Shown in pieces: positions 18,924-28,675 of a DNA stretch of 64,000 nt (positions are counted from its first letter, which is position 1; each line of letters begins with the position of its first letter). Origin of the DNA: Candidatus Latescibacterota bacterium (GTDB lineage: Bacteria > Latescibacterota > UBA2968 > UBA8231); NCBI GenBank assembly GCA_965203175.1, contig OZ241867.1:608001-672000 (forward strand), read 5' to 3'. Made by a program: the position numbers and the translations under genes. The notes under the pieces were generated by a model. It did not search any database, was not told the DNA's origin, and saw only the letters and a list, made by a program, of their open reading frames with translations.

Positions 18924-20504
18924 TTGAAAGTACTGATCAGCGACAAGATGGACCCCCGCTGCGTCGAGATTCTCGAAGCCAATAACGGGGTCGCAGTGGA
19001 CGTGCGCAGTGAATTGTCGCTGCGCGCGCTCCTAGACTGCATCGGCGACTACGAAGGACTCGTCGTGCGTAGCGCGACCACTGTGACGGCCGAGGTGCTC
19101 GCCGCCGCGTCACGCCTCCGGGTCATTGGCCGCGCTGGCACGGGCTTCGACAACATCGACGTAGAAGCGGCAACGCGCCACGGCGTCATCGTCATGAACA
19201 CCCCAGGCGGCAATTCCCTATCGACCGCCGAGCACACCTTCGCGCTCATATCCTCCCTCGCACGGCACATCCCCCAGGCGACGTCCTCGCTTAAAAAGGG
19301 GCTGTGGGAACGCAACCAATTCGTCGGCGTCGAACTGGCCGGCAAGACCCTCGCCGTGATCGGCTTGGGCCGCGTAGGGAGGGAGGTGGCCGCGCGCGCT
19401 GCGGCCTTTCGCATGAAGGTCCTCGGCTACGATCCCTACATTGGCCAAGAGATGGCCCTCTCCTACGGCGCACATCTGGCATCTCTCGAAGAGATCTACG
19501 CTACCGCAGATTTCATCACGGTCCACACCCATCTTAGCGACCAGACTCGGCACCTGATTTCCGACGCCGAGATCGCGCAGTGCAAAGACGGGGTCTATCT
19601 AATCAACTGCGCCCGTGGCGGCATCATTGACGAGGAGGCCCTCCTGCGCGGCTTGAACTCGGGCAAGGTCGCCGGTGTCGCCCTAGACGTCTTTGAGGAG
19701 GAGCCGCCGACCCTCGTGGACCTCTTGGTTGACGACCGCGTGATCTGCACGCCACACTTGGCGGCCTCCACCAAGGAAGCCCAAGCCAACGTCGCCCTGC
19801 AGGTGGCCGAACAGGTCGGCGACGTGCTGATGGGTCGCGTCATTCGCAACGCGGTCAACGCCCCTTCGGTCGATCCCGAGATCCACGGCAAGCTCCAGCC
19901 TTATCTCGTGCTGGCCGAGCGGCTAGGTCGCCTGCAAGCCCAACTCGGCGAGGGACAGCTAGAGCGCATCACCATCGAATACCAAGGCGACATCACCGCC
20001 TATCCGACCTCGCCGTTGACCTCGGCCGTACTCAAGGGAATTATGGAGACCGTCTCGGATGCGGCAGTCAATGTGGTCAATGCGCTGCTCTTCGCGCAGG
20101 AGCGCGGCGTGCAAGTCGATGAGCGGCTCAGCAGCGAGCACGAGGACTACGCCAGCCTTATCACCGTGGTGTATCACACCAGCAAAGGGCAGCGCCTGCT
20201 CGCGGGCACGATCTTCGGCAAGAGCGACCCGCGCCTCGTGCACCTCGACGAGTACATTTTCGACGCCGTCCCAGAGGGACACATGCTCTTTTACATCAAC
20301 GACGATGTCCCGGGCATCATCGGCCAAATCGGCACGGTCATGGGCAGCCACAATGTCAACATCGCCCAGATGTCGTGTGGGCGTCGCCAAATGGGCGGCC
20401 AAGCCCTGACCATTCTCAACGTCGACGACCCGATCACCATCGACGTAGTTGACGATATTCTCTCTCGGGAGTACATCTCCTGGGCCAAACAAGTCAGTCT
20501 TTAA
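18924..20504 (+). CDS. serA: D-3-phosphoglycerate dehydrogenase (with ASB and ACT domains)
   Basis: GRAGTGFDNID, GLGRVG, INCARGGI, TPHLAAST, DVPGIIG..NIAQM. Confidence 0.96.
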   Translation: MKVLISDKMDPRCVEILEANNGVAVDVRSELSLRALLDCIGDYEGLVVRSATTVTAEVLAAASRLRVIGRAGTGFDNIDVEAATRHGVIVMNTPGGNSLSTAEHTFALISSLARHIPQATSSLKKGLWERNQFVGVELAGKTLAVIGLGRVGREVAARAAAFRMKVLGYDPYIGQEMALSYGAHLASLEEIYATADFITVHTHLSDQTRHLISDAEIAQCKDGVYLINCARGGIIDEEALLRGLNSGKVAGVALDVFEEEPPTLVDLLVDDRVICTPHLAASTKEAQANVALQVAEQVGDVLMGRVIRNAVNAPSVDPEIHGKLQPYLVLAERLGRLQAQLGEGQLERITIEYQGDITAYPTSPLTSAVLKGIMETVSDAAVNVVNALLFAQERGVQVDERLSSEHEDYASLITVVYHTSKGQRLLAGTIFGKSDPRLVHLDEYIFDAVPEGHMLFYINDDVPGIIGQIGTVMGSHNVNIAQMSCGRRQMGGQALTILNVDDPITIDVVDDILSREYISWAKQVSL

Positions 20505-20519
20505 GCACGGGAGTACACA

Positions 20520-21800
20520 ATGCCCGCGAAAATAGTATTAGGAGCGCAGTGGGGCGACGAGGGCAAGGCCAAAGTCGTCGATTACCTCACGTCCGCCGCC
20601 GACGTGGTGGTGCGCTATCAAGGTGGGGCCAACGCCGGTCACACAGTCGTCACCGGCGACACTGAGTTTATCTTCCACACCATCCCCTCGGGCATCATGC
20701 ACGAGGGTAAAATCTGCGTGGTGGGCAACGGGGTGGTCGTCGATCCAGCCACTATGCTCAATGAGATCGCCGAGTTGGAGGCCAAGGGTTTTTCCGTGGC
20801 CAACCGCTTCTTTCTCAGCCAAGTTGCCCACGTCGTAATGCCCTACCACAAGGTCTTGGAAAAGGCCGGGGAAGAGAGCAAAAACGGCGTCGCCATCGGC
20901 ACGACCGGCCGCGGCATCGGCCCGGCTTATCGCGACAAAGTCGAGCGCAGCCACGGAGTGCGCGTCATGGATTTGTGCGACCCGGCGCGATTGCGCGACA
21001 AGCTCCGAGCCAGCATTTCCGCCAAAAACGAAATCCTGACCAAGGTCTTTGGTCAAGAGCCGCTAGAGGCCGGCCCCATCATCGACGCGTACATCGGCTA
21101 CGGCGAGCAACTCGCCCCATACGTCGCCGACACCTCTCTCCTGCTCAACCAAGCCCTCGACCAAGGCAAAACGGTCCTCTGCGAGGGGGCGCAAGGGACC
21201 TTGCTCGACATTGACCACGGCACCTATCCCTACGTCACCTCCTCCAACACCACGGCGGGTGGAGCCTGCACGGGTGCTGGTATCGGTCCCACGCGGATCG
21301 CCGAGGTCATCGGCGTGACCAAAGCGTACACTACGCGGGTGGGCAACGGGCCTTTTCCCACCGAGTTACTAGGGGAAGAAGGCGAGCGCCTGCGCGGCTT
21401 GGGCCGCGAGTACGGAGCTACCACCGGCCGGCCGCGGCGCTGCGGCTGGTTCGACGCCGCCATCTTGCGGGTCTCGGCCCGCATCAACGGTCTGACCAGC
21501 ATCGCTCTGACCCGGCTCGACGTACTCGACCAATGCGAGCACCTCAAACTGGGCGTTGGCTACCGCTGCGGCGACCAAGTGCTGGAGGAATTTCCCGCCG
21601 ACCCGCAGGTACTCGACCAATGCGAGCCGATCTACGAAGAAATGGCCGGCTGGTGTGCTCCGACTACCGCCGCCCGCTGTTTTGACGACCTGCCGCCGCA
21701 AGCGCAGGCTTATGTAGAGCGGATCGCCGAGTTGGGCCGAGCGCCGGTCTCCCTGATTTCCGTAGGACCGGAGCGCGAAGCCACTATCCCCCTCGCCTGA
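20520..21800 (+). CDS. purA: Adenylosuccinate synthetase
   Basis: QWGDEGKAK, GGANAGHT, IGTTGRGIGPAY, EYGATTGRPRRCGW. Confidence 0.98.
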   Translation: MPAKIVLGAQWGDEGKAKVVDYLTSAADVVVRYQGGANAGHTVVTGDTEFIFHTIPSGIMHEGKICVVGNGVVVDPATMLNEIAELEAKGFSVANRFFLSQVAHVVMPYHKVLEKAGEESKNGVAIGTTGRGIGPAYRDKVERSHGVRVMDLCDPARLRDKLRASISAKNEILTKVFGQEPLEAGPIIDAYIGYGEQLAPYVADTSLLLNQALDQGKTVLCEGAQGTLLDIDHGTYPYVTSSNTTAGGACTGAGIGPTRIAEVIGVTKAYTTRVGNGPFPTELLGEEGERLRGLGREYGATTGRPRRCGWFDAAILRVSARINGLTSIALTRLDVLDQCEHLKLGVGYRCGDQVLEEFPADPQVLDQCEPIYEEMAGWCAPTTAARCFDDLPPQAQAYVERIAELGRAPVSLISVGPEREATIPLA

Positions 21801-21803
21801 GCC

Positions 21804-22715
21804 ATGCTACTCAACCCCGCGCCCGCCGAGTCCAAGCCGCACGCCTTGCGCCGCCTGATGGCCGAGAAAACCCTGACCTTGCCCGGGGCCTTCAACGCAC
21901 CCGTGGCCATGCTCGCCGAACGCATTGGCTTTGAGGCCGTGTACATTTCCGGGGCTGGTCTAGCCAACGGCACGGCCGGCTACCCAGACGTCGGCCTGTT
22001 GGGCATGGACGAAATGGCGCGCCAAGCCGGCTACATTGCCAACGCAGTCCAAGTGCCCTGCATTTGCGATGCAGACACCGGGTTTGGCGAGGTCTGGCAG
22101 GTGATGCGCACAGTGCGCGCGTACGAGCGCGAGGGCTTAGCCGGGTTGCACTTAGAGGACCAAGTCATGCCCAAGCGCTGCGGCCACCTCGACGGCAAGG
22201 CCCTGATCGAGGTCGAAGAAATGGAGCGCAAGATCGCCGCGGCCTGTGCGGCGCGGCAAGACCCGGACTTTGTCATCATCGCCCGCTGCGACGCCCGCGC
22301 CGTCGAGGGCTTTGAACAGAGCGTCGAGCGTGGCCAACGCTACCTGGCAGCCGGCGCGGACGCGATCTTTCCCGAAGCCATGCAGAGCGCCGAGGAATTC
22401 GCCCGTTACGCCGAGCAAGTCAAAGGCTCACTCCTCGCCAACATGACCGAATTCGGCAAATCGCCGTACCTATCAGTCGCGGAGTTCGCCGCGATGGGAT
22501 ACCGCCTCGTGATTTTCCCTATGAGCGCGTTCCGCACCATGATGAAGGCCGTCGAAGGGCTGTTCTGCGAACTGAAAGAAAAGGGCACTTTAGAAGGCAC
22601 CCTCGGACAGATGCAGACGCGAGACGAACTCTACGAACTACTCGGCTACGACGAGTACACCAAACTAGACGCAGCATTGGCCAACCGCTTTCCAGCGAAC
22701 GAAGAAAACCGCTGA
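21804..22715 (+). CDS. prpB: Methylisocitrate lyase
   Basis: DADTGFG, EDQ..PKRCGHLDGK, GADAIFPE, LANMTEFGKSP. Confidence 0.93.
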   Translation: MLLNPAPAESKPHALRRLMAEKTLTLPGAFNAPVAMLAERIGFEAVYISGAGLANGTAGYPDVGLLGMDEMARQAGYIANAVQVPCICDADTGFGEVWQVMRTVRAYEREGLAGLHLEDQVMPKRCGHLDGKALIEVEEMERKIAAACAARQDPDFVIIARCDARAVEGFEQSVERGQRYLAAGADAIFPEAMQSAEEFARYAEQVKGSLLANMTEFGKSPYLSVAEFAAMGYRLVIFPMSAFRTMMKAVEGLFCELKEKGTLEGTLGQMQTRDELYELLGYDEYTKLDAALANRFPANEENR

Positions 22716-22770
22716 ATTACTAGCCTCAAATCCACCCACTACCAACACTTTCCATAGAGAGACATACAGA

Positions 22771-23901
22771 ATGACCGACAAATCCTATAGTCCCGGCCTC
22801 GAAGGCGTCATCGCCGGCGAGTCCGCCCTTTCGCGCATCGATATCGATATCAACCGCCTGATCCTGTACGGCTACGACCTAGTCGAACTGACCGAAAACG
22901 CCTCCTACGAAGAGGTCGCCTACTTGCTACTCTACGGCGAGTTGCCGACAGTTGCCGAGTTGGCAGAATTCAACCAACAACTGCGCTCGCAGCGCGACCT
23001 GCCCGGCCCGGTCGTCGACCTGTTGCGCTCCGCACCGGTGAACGCCCACCCCATGGATCTGTTGCGCACTGCGGTATCGTCCCTGGCGTTTTTCGACGCC
23101 GAGACCCCCGACAACAGCCACGATGCCAATGTGCGCAAGGCCGAACGCTTGCTGGCCAAAATTCCCACTGCACTCGCCTATGGCTATCGCTTCTCGCAGG
23201 GCCTAGAGCCGGTAGCCCCCGACACCGAGCTAGACCACGCGGCCAATCTGCTCTACATGCTGCGCGGCGAAGCACCACCCGCGTACGAAGTAGAGGTCAT
23301 GAACACTTCGCTGATCCTCTATGCCGAGCACGGGTACAATGCCTCTACGTTCACCGCACGGGTCGTAGCCTCGACGCTCGCCGACATGTACGCCGCTATA
23401 ACCGCGGCCATTGGCGCCCTGCACGGCCCCCTGCACGGCGGTGCCAACGAGGCGGCCATGCACATGCTCTTGGAGATAGATTCGCCCGCGGCGGCCGAGC
23501 AGTGGGTCCTCGACGCGCTGGCGCAAAAAAAGAAGATCATGGGCTTTGGACATCGGGAATACAAAAGCGGCGACTCGCGGGTGCCGAAGATGAAGAAGGT
23601 TGGCCGTCAAATCGCCGCAGCCATCGGCGACACCAAGTGGCCAGATCTAGCCGACGTAGTCGAAGAGACGATGATGCGCGAAAAGGGCATCTTCCCCAAC
23701 GTCGATTTCCCCTGCGCGTACACCTACTACATGATGGGCATCCCGATCCCGCTCTACACCCCCATCTTCGTGGCCAGCCGCGTGGTAGGCTGGGCCGCGC
23801 ACGTGATCGAACAGCACGACGCCAACCGACTCATCCGCCCCAACCACATCTACACTGGACCGGAGCACCGCGCATTCGTCGCACTCGGCGACCGGGGCTG
23901 A
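22771..23901 (+). CDS. prpC: 2-methylcitrate/citrate synthase
   Basis: GLEGVIA, YAEH.YNASTF, GPLHGGANE, MGFGHR, PNVDF; adjacent to prpB. Confidence 0.88.
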   Translation: MTDKSYSPGLEGVIAGESALSRIDIDINRLILYGYDLVELTENASYEEVAYLLLYGELPTVAELAEFNQQLRSQRDLPGPVVDLLRSAPVNAHPMDLLRTAVSSLAFFDAETPDNSHDANVRKAERLLAKIPTALAYGYRFSQGLEPVAPDTELDHAANLLYMLRGEAPPAYEVEVMNTSLILYAEHGYNASTFTARVVASTLADMYAAITAAIGALHGPLHGGANEAAMHMLLEIDSPAAAEQWVLDALAQKKKIMGFGHREYKSGDSRVPKMKKVGRQIAAAIGDTKWPDLADVVEETMMREKGIFPNVDFPCAYTYYMMGIPIPLYTPIFVASRVVGWAAHVIEQHDANRLIRPNHIYTGPEHRAFVALGDRG

Positions 23902-23903
23902 CC

Positions 23904-24428
23904 TCAGCCGCGCACGGCCAGTAACCAAGGCCGCATATCGAGCAAGAAGCGCTGGACTGCATCGCCCTGGTAGTCGGGATACGTCCACTCTAAAGGCCGG
24001 TAGCGTCCTCGCTGATAGAGCAGGGTCACCTCGGCGTAGAGCTGCGGGGCAATGCAGATGCGGTGGCCAGCGCACTTAGTCGTGGCCAATACCAAGCTCT
24101 CGATTGACAGTAGTCCCGGGTCGATATTGGCGCGGCGGCACCCCCCTCGGCTCATCGCCCGCTCCAGCGCCATAGTCTGCGCCTTGACGGTCGCTAGCTC
24201 GGCGGGGTCAATCTGCTCGCCAAAGCACACGAGCTGTTTGCTCAGCCCCGCGCCCATTTCCGCTTCGTAGTACGAGGTAAAATCAAAATCATAGGCCGCA
24301 CTTGTCGCACGCAGGGGGCCGAAGCATTCGGCGAGGCGTTCTTTGGCGTCGGCGAACGTATCAGCGGAGTCGGCCAATACTGCGCAGACTAGTGCGACGG
24401 GCGTGGAGGGTTGGAGATCAATGGGCAT
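23904..24428 (-). CDS. DUF4416 family protein
   Basis: FDFTSYYEAEMG, RRANIDPG, LATTK...HRI, WTYPDY. Confidence 0.85.
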   Translation of the reverse strand: MPIDLQPSTPVALVCAVLADSADTFADAKERLAECFGPLRATSAAYDFDFTSYYEAEMGAGLSKQLVCFGEQIDPAELATVKAQTMALERAMSRGGCRRANIDPGLLSIESLVLATTKCAGHRICIAPQLYAEVTLLYQRGRYRPLEWTYPDYQGDAVQRFLLDMRPWLLAVRG

Positions 24429-24530
24429 CTTGCAACAAAAGGAACAAGACCTAGTCGCGTCAATTTCTGCGGTGGGATCGGTTTACTATTTTATCGCCGC
24501 GACTCCCACCTTCATTCAGGAAAGGCCACT

Positions 24531-25589
24531 ATGCGCATAGAAGACCTCGACACGCCCGCCCTCCTCGTCGATCTCGACGGCTTGGAGGACAACCTCGACC
24601 GCTACCAACGCTACTTTGACGAGCACGGCATTGGCTTGCGGCCCCACATCAAGACCCACAAGTGCGTGGCCATCGCCCATATGCAAATGCGTCGCGGGGC
24701 AATCGGCATCACCTGCCAGAAGCTCGGAGAAGCCGAGGTCATGGCCGAGGGCGGGGTCGATCGCGACATTCTGATTCCCTACAACATCATCGGCGCACAA
24801 AAGCTGGCGCGGCTAGTCGCGCTGGCGCGGGATACCCGGCTGACCATAGCGGCCGATTCCGAATACACCGTGCAAGGGCTATCCGAGGCCGCTACGGCAG
24901 CGGATGTCACCGTGGGCGTGGTCGTCGAACTCGATCGCGGGCGCACCGGCGTAGGCTCGCCCGCTGCGGCTGCGGCCCTAGGCGAAAAAATCGATCAAAC
25001 CCCCAACATCGAACTCCGGGGCATCATGTCCATGCCAGCGACTCCAGACGTGCGGCCGCTAATCCAAGAGACGCTCGCGCACTTCGATCGCAAGGGCCTG
25101 CCGCATCCCATCGTCAGCGGCGGCAGTACGTCGGGCGCATTTATGGCACACGAGATCCCCGAACTGACCGAGTACCGGGCCGGCGAGTACCCTGTCGGCG
25201 GCGTCGGCCATCTCCGCCGGGGAACCCACAGCGTCGATCAGTGCGCTGGCCGAGTGCTGATGACCGTGGTCAGCCGGCCGACCGAGGATCGCGCCATCCT
25301 CGATGGGGGCAGCAAGTCGCTCAGCGCCGCAGTCCATCGCCAGGAGGACGGCTCATCCGTCATGGGCTACATCGTCGAGTACCCCCAAGCCGTCTTCTCC
25401 GGGGCCTCGGAAGAACATGGACATGTCGATCTGTCGGCCTGCGACGACAAACCCCAAATCGGCGAACAGGTGCAAGTCCTGCCGGTTCATCCCTGCCCCT
25501 GTTTCAACGAACACGACCAGATCTTTGCCGTGCGCCGCGGCCGCGTGGAAGCCGTCTGGCCGGTTGACGCCCGCGGGCAGATACGCTGA
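24531..25589 (+). CDS. D-threonine aldolase/DSD1-family PLP enzyme (fold III)
   Basis: DLDTPALLVD, LRPHIKTHK, VSGGST, DGGSK, SEEHG, PVHPC; ATG after AGGAAAGG. Confidence 0.9.
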   Translation: MRIEDLDTPALLVDLDGLEDNLDRYQRYFDEHGIGLRPHIKTHKCVAIAHMQMRRGAIGITCQKLGEAEVMAEGGVDRDILIPYNIIGAQKLARLVALARDTRLTIAADSEYTVQGLSEAATAADVTVGVVVELDRGRTGVGSPAAAAALGEKIDQTPNIELRGIMSMPATPDVRPLIQETLAHFDRKGLPHPIVSGGSTSGAFMAHEIPELTEYRAGEYPVGGVGHLRRGTHSVDQCAGRVLMTVVSRPTEDRAILDGGSKSLSAAVHRQEDGSSVMGYIVEYPQAVFSGASEEHGHVDLSACDDKPQIGEQVQVLPVHPCPCFNEHDQIFAVRRGRVEAVWPVDARGQIR

Positions 25590-25601
25590 AAGGAGCGAAT
25601 T

Positions 25602-26303
25602 GTGGATTTTGCCGAATTGAGCGAAAAACTAAAGGTGGCTAGCACGGCGACCCTGACGTCCGTGCTCCGCAACAAAGGACTGCTCAACACCTTCATGCAC
25701 CAAGTCGCGCCCCTCGCGCCCGACATGAAGCTGGTCGGCCGGGCCTTTACCCTGCGCTACATCCCCGCGCGCGAAGACCTCGACGAGGTCCCACTCGACA
25801 ACCTGAAAGACGTGCAACGGATCGGCATTGAGCAGGTAACCACAGGCGACGTGTTCGTCATTGATGCACGCGGCGACACCCGCGCCGGGACCATGGGATC
25901 CATCCTAGCGGCGCGGCTGCAAGTGCGAGGCTGCACGGGGATCGTCACCGATGGGGCCTACCGCGACTCGCCGACCATTGTCGCATCGGGATTGCCCGCA
26001 TACGCCGCGGCCATGAACGCCCACACCAACAAAACCATCCACCACCCCAGCGAAATCCAGGTGCCCATTGCCTGCGGCGGCGTGGCGGTCTTCCCCGGCG
26101 ACATCCTCGTCGGCGACGGCGAAGGGGTTGTGGTCATACCCGCACATCTGGCCGAGGAGGTTGCCGTCGAGGCCGAGGAGATGGAGCAAAAAGAGCGCTT
26201 CATCACCGAGAAAATCCGCGCCGGAGCCAGTATCGTCGGCACTTATCCCCCCGACGAGCAGACCTTGGCCGAGTACCAAGCCTGGAAAGCAAATCAATCG
26301 TAG
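25602..26303 (+). CDS. RraA-like / HMG aldolase family protein
   Basis: GRAFTLRYIPAREDL, VTDGAYRD, GGVAVFPGDILVGDGEGVVVIP. Confidence 0.9.
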   Translation: MDFAELSEKLKVASTATLTSVLRNKGLLNTFMHQVAPLAPDMKLVGRAFTLRYIPAREDLDEVPLDNLKDVQRIGIEQVTTGDVFVIDARGDTRAGTMGSILAARLQVRGCTGIVTDGAYRDSPTIVASGLPAYAAAMNAHTNKTIHHPSEIQVPIACGGVAVFPGDILVGDGEGVVVIPAHLAEEVAVEAEEMEQKERFITEKIRAGASIVGTYPPDEQTLAEYQAWKANQS

Positions 26304-26395
26304 GATCATCGCGATCAATTCGTCGCGCTGTCGAGCAACTTTGCGTAGGGGCACCTCTTGTGAGTGCCCTTCGTACGTTTCCCCTTGTGGCCGCT

Positions 26396-27736
26396 TCAGC
26401 CCAGACGACGGCGCAAGCGGCGCGCGAGATCGCCAACCACAGCGGGAGCAGTGGCGGCGATATTGTGCAGTTCGTCGGGATCTTGCTCGAGGTCGTAGAG
26501 TTCGTCGCAGTCGTTGTAATTCTGGATGTATTTGTGCGTAGCCGTGCGGATGCAGCGAAAGTTGCGCAGGGCAGCGACGGTCTCTTGGCGGTGGGTGTCA
26601 GTCTGGCCGGCGAGGACCGGTTGCAGCGAGCGGGCGTCAATATCTTGCTGCGGCGCGAGTTGGGCAAAATCACATATCGTGGCATTGAGGTCGATGAGTT
26701 CGCACAGCGCGTCGCAGACGCGGCCTCCGGCGATATCCGGCCCGGCGATGATCAGCGGTACGCGCAGACTGGCCTCGTACGCGGCGCTCTTGGTGTACAG
26801 CCCGTGGTCGCCGAGCAGTTCGCCGTGGTCAGAAGAGAAGATGATATAGGTGTTGTCGAGTTGGCCGCGTTTTTCTAGCGCGTCGAGGATCTGGCCGATC
26901 TGGTCGTCAATGAGTTCGGTGGCGGCGCAGTATTGGCGGCGGGTTTGGGCGATTTGGTCGCGCGCGAAGTATGCGGCGCGTTTTTTGATCCACTCGGGCT
27001 TGCCAGCGAGGGAGTCGCTGATGGTCGGGGGCATTGCCGCGTCGCGGTAGCGGTCGCCATATTCGCTCGGCGGGTCAAAGGGGTCGTGCGGGCCGACGAA
27101 GCTGACGAAGTAGTGCCAGGGGAAATCGTCGGGCACATTGGCGATCCACTCGGCGGCACGCCGGCCGATATAGGCATCCTCAAAGTCCGCACTGTCCAGC
27201 GGCGAGTCGCGGCAATCGGTAATCCAACTAGCGGCGGCGCGGCGGCGATAATCCTGGTGAAATGTCGCCAATTGCCCTTTGTCGGCTAGGTAGTGCGTAT
27301 AGGGGCCAATCGGCGTGGGCGAGGAGCCGGCGTGCATTTTGCCCTCGCATTCCTCTGGATGGGTGAAACCCCAGCTATAGGCGTAGGGCCGGTCGCCATA
27401 GCGGCCATTGTAGCCGTCGGATTTGCGCAGGTCGAGCTTGCCGACACAGCCGACGCGGTAGCCGGAATCGCGCAGCCGCTGATAGTAGGTGGTGGTGCCC
27501 AAGGGTAGCCGCCCCGAATTGTCCAAGCAGCCGAGGCGGCTCGGTTGCAGACCAGAGGCTAAGCCGATTCGCGCTGGCGCGCAGACGGGCGCGTTAGTGG
27601 TGCATTGAGTGAAGCGCACTCCAGCGGCGGCGAGGCGGTCGAGATGGGGCGTCCGTAGGAAGTCGGCACCGACTGCGCCGAGATAGTCGTGGCGGTGCTG
27701 ATCATCCATGATGAAGAGTATATTGGGCCGGGGCAT
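26396..27736 (-). CDS. Cytoplasmic Cys-type sulfatase
   Basis: PNILFIMDDQHR, CAPAR formylglycine motif, PHDPF, SDHG, YEASLRVPL, ELYDLEQDP.E. Confidence 0.93.
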   Translation of the reverse strand: MPRPNILFIMDDQHRHDYLGAVGADFLRTPHLDRLAAAGVRFTQCTTNAPVCAPARIGLASGLQPSRLGCLDNSGRLPLGTTTYYQRLRDSGYRVGCVGKLDLRKSDGYNGRYGDRPYAYSWGFTHPEECEGKMHAGSSPTPIGPYTHYLADKGQLATFHQDYRRRAAASWITDCRDSPLDSADFEDAYIGRRAAEWIANVPDDFPWHYFVSFVGPHDPFDPPSEYGDRYRDAAMPPTISDSLAGKPEWIKKRAAYFARDQIAQTRRQYCAATELIDDQIGQILDALEKRGQLDNTYIIFSSDHGELLGDHGLYTKSAAYEASLRVPLIIAGPDIAGGRVCDALCELIDLNATICDFAQLAPQQDIDARSLQPVLAGQTDTHRQETVAALRNFRCIRTATHKYIQNYNDCDELYDLEQDPDELHNIAATAPAVVGDLARRLRRRLG

Positions 27737-27807
27737 TGGGGCGTTCCTTGGCGTTGTGATGGGCGTCTCGTAGCTTAAATGAGCGCAGGATTGCGATATG
27801 TTGGCCC

Positions 27808-27836
27808 AATCTATCCAGTCGCCTGCCTCGCTTCAA
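27808..27836 (-). promoter_or_regulatory. Putative sigma70 promoter of the sulfatase
   Basis: Minus strand TTGAAG, 17-nt spacer, TAGATT. Confidence 0.4.
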
Positions 27837-27899
27837 GGGCGGCAGCGCAAAAGCGCGCCGATTTCAACCTATAGGAGATAGAACAAGTAAGGGAAAAAC

Positions 27900-28607
27900 A
27901 TGAACGAATTCACAAGTCCTGCGGTACAGGCGATGAATCTCATTCGATATATTGGAGATCAGGTATCAGAATCAGGCGAACCAATTCGCCAGCTTGCTGA
28001 AATCAGCGAGGAGATTGGCGCTCCGAGCGAAGAATTGGCCAAGCAACTCATTGAAGAGTTATGTGAACACGGCGTCGTTAATGTAAGAACCATTTCTCGG
28101 GCTCTTGGGGGCCTTGCTCGTTATAAAGGAGTTAGCCTTACCCTCAAAGGATGGGAGCAGTATGAAGCGGAAAAACGCGGGGGATTCGATGGAAACTACG
28201 GTTTCCTCGCCATGCAGTTCGACGAACCCGATCTCGACTCCTTTGTTCAGGATGTTGTAAAACCGGCAGTGAAAGAATCTACCGATTACGATCTCGTCGA
28301 TATGCGCGATGTCGGGAAGGCGGGTATCATCGACAATATCATGCGCGTCCAAATCAGAGACGCGAAGTTCGTCATTGCCGACCTTACCCACGACAACAAT
28401 GGCGCGTATTGGGAGGCCGGTTACGCAGAAGGTCTAGGCAAGCCTGTTATCTATATTTGCGAAAAGGAGAAATTTGAGAGCAATGATGGAACCCACTTCG
28501 ATACGAATCATTGTACGACCGTTTTCTGGTCTAAGTCTAGGGATAATGACGAGGGTTTCCGTCAGGAACTGACTGCAACCCTTCGCCGCTCGCTCGATGA
28601 ATCGTGA
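27900..28607 (+). CDS. Nucleoside 2-deoxyribosyltransferase-like (NDT fold) protein with a helical N-terminal region
   Basis: GFLAMQF, IRDAKFVIADLTHDNNGAYWEAGYAEGLGKPVIYIC, HFD; AT-richer than the flanks. Confidence 0.75.
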   Translation: MNEFTSPAVQAMNLIRYIGDQVSESGEPIRQLAEISEEIGAPSEELAKQLIEELCEHGVVNVRTISRALGGLARYKGVSLTLKGWEQYEAEKRGGFDGNYGFLAMQFDEPDLDSFVQDVVKPAVKESTDYDLVDMRDVGKAGIIDNIMRVQIRDAKFVIADLTHDNNGAYWEAGYAEGLGKPVIYICEKEKFESNDGTHFDTNHCTTVFWSKSRDNDEGFRQELTATLRRSLDES

Positions 28608-28675
28608 TAGCCGCCAACGGAACAGCTAGTTCAGCCAGCCCAACGGTAATGTTCGACAATACGGAGAAATGACCT

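Noticed and set aside
28608-28675. GCCCAAC...GTTCGAC between the NDT-like gene and the ATPase as an attC site
   Set aside because: Only 6 nt separate the motifs and there are no L boxes; too short for attC.
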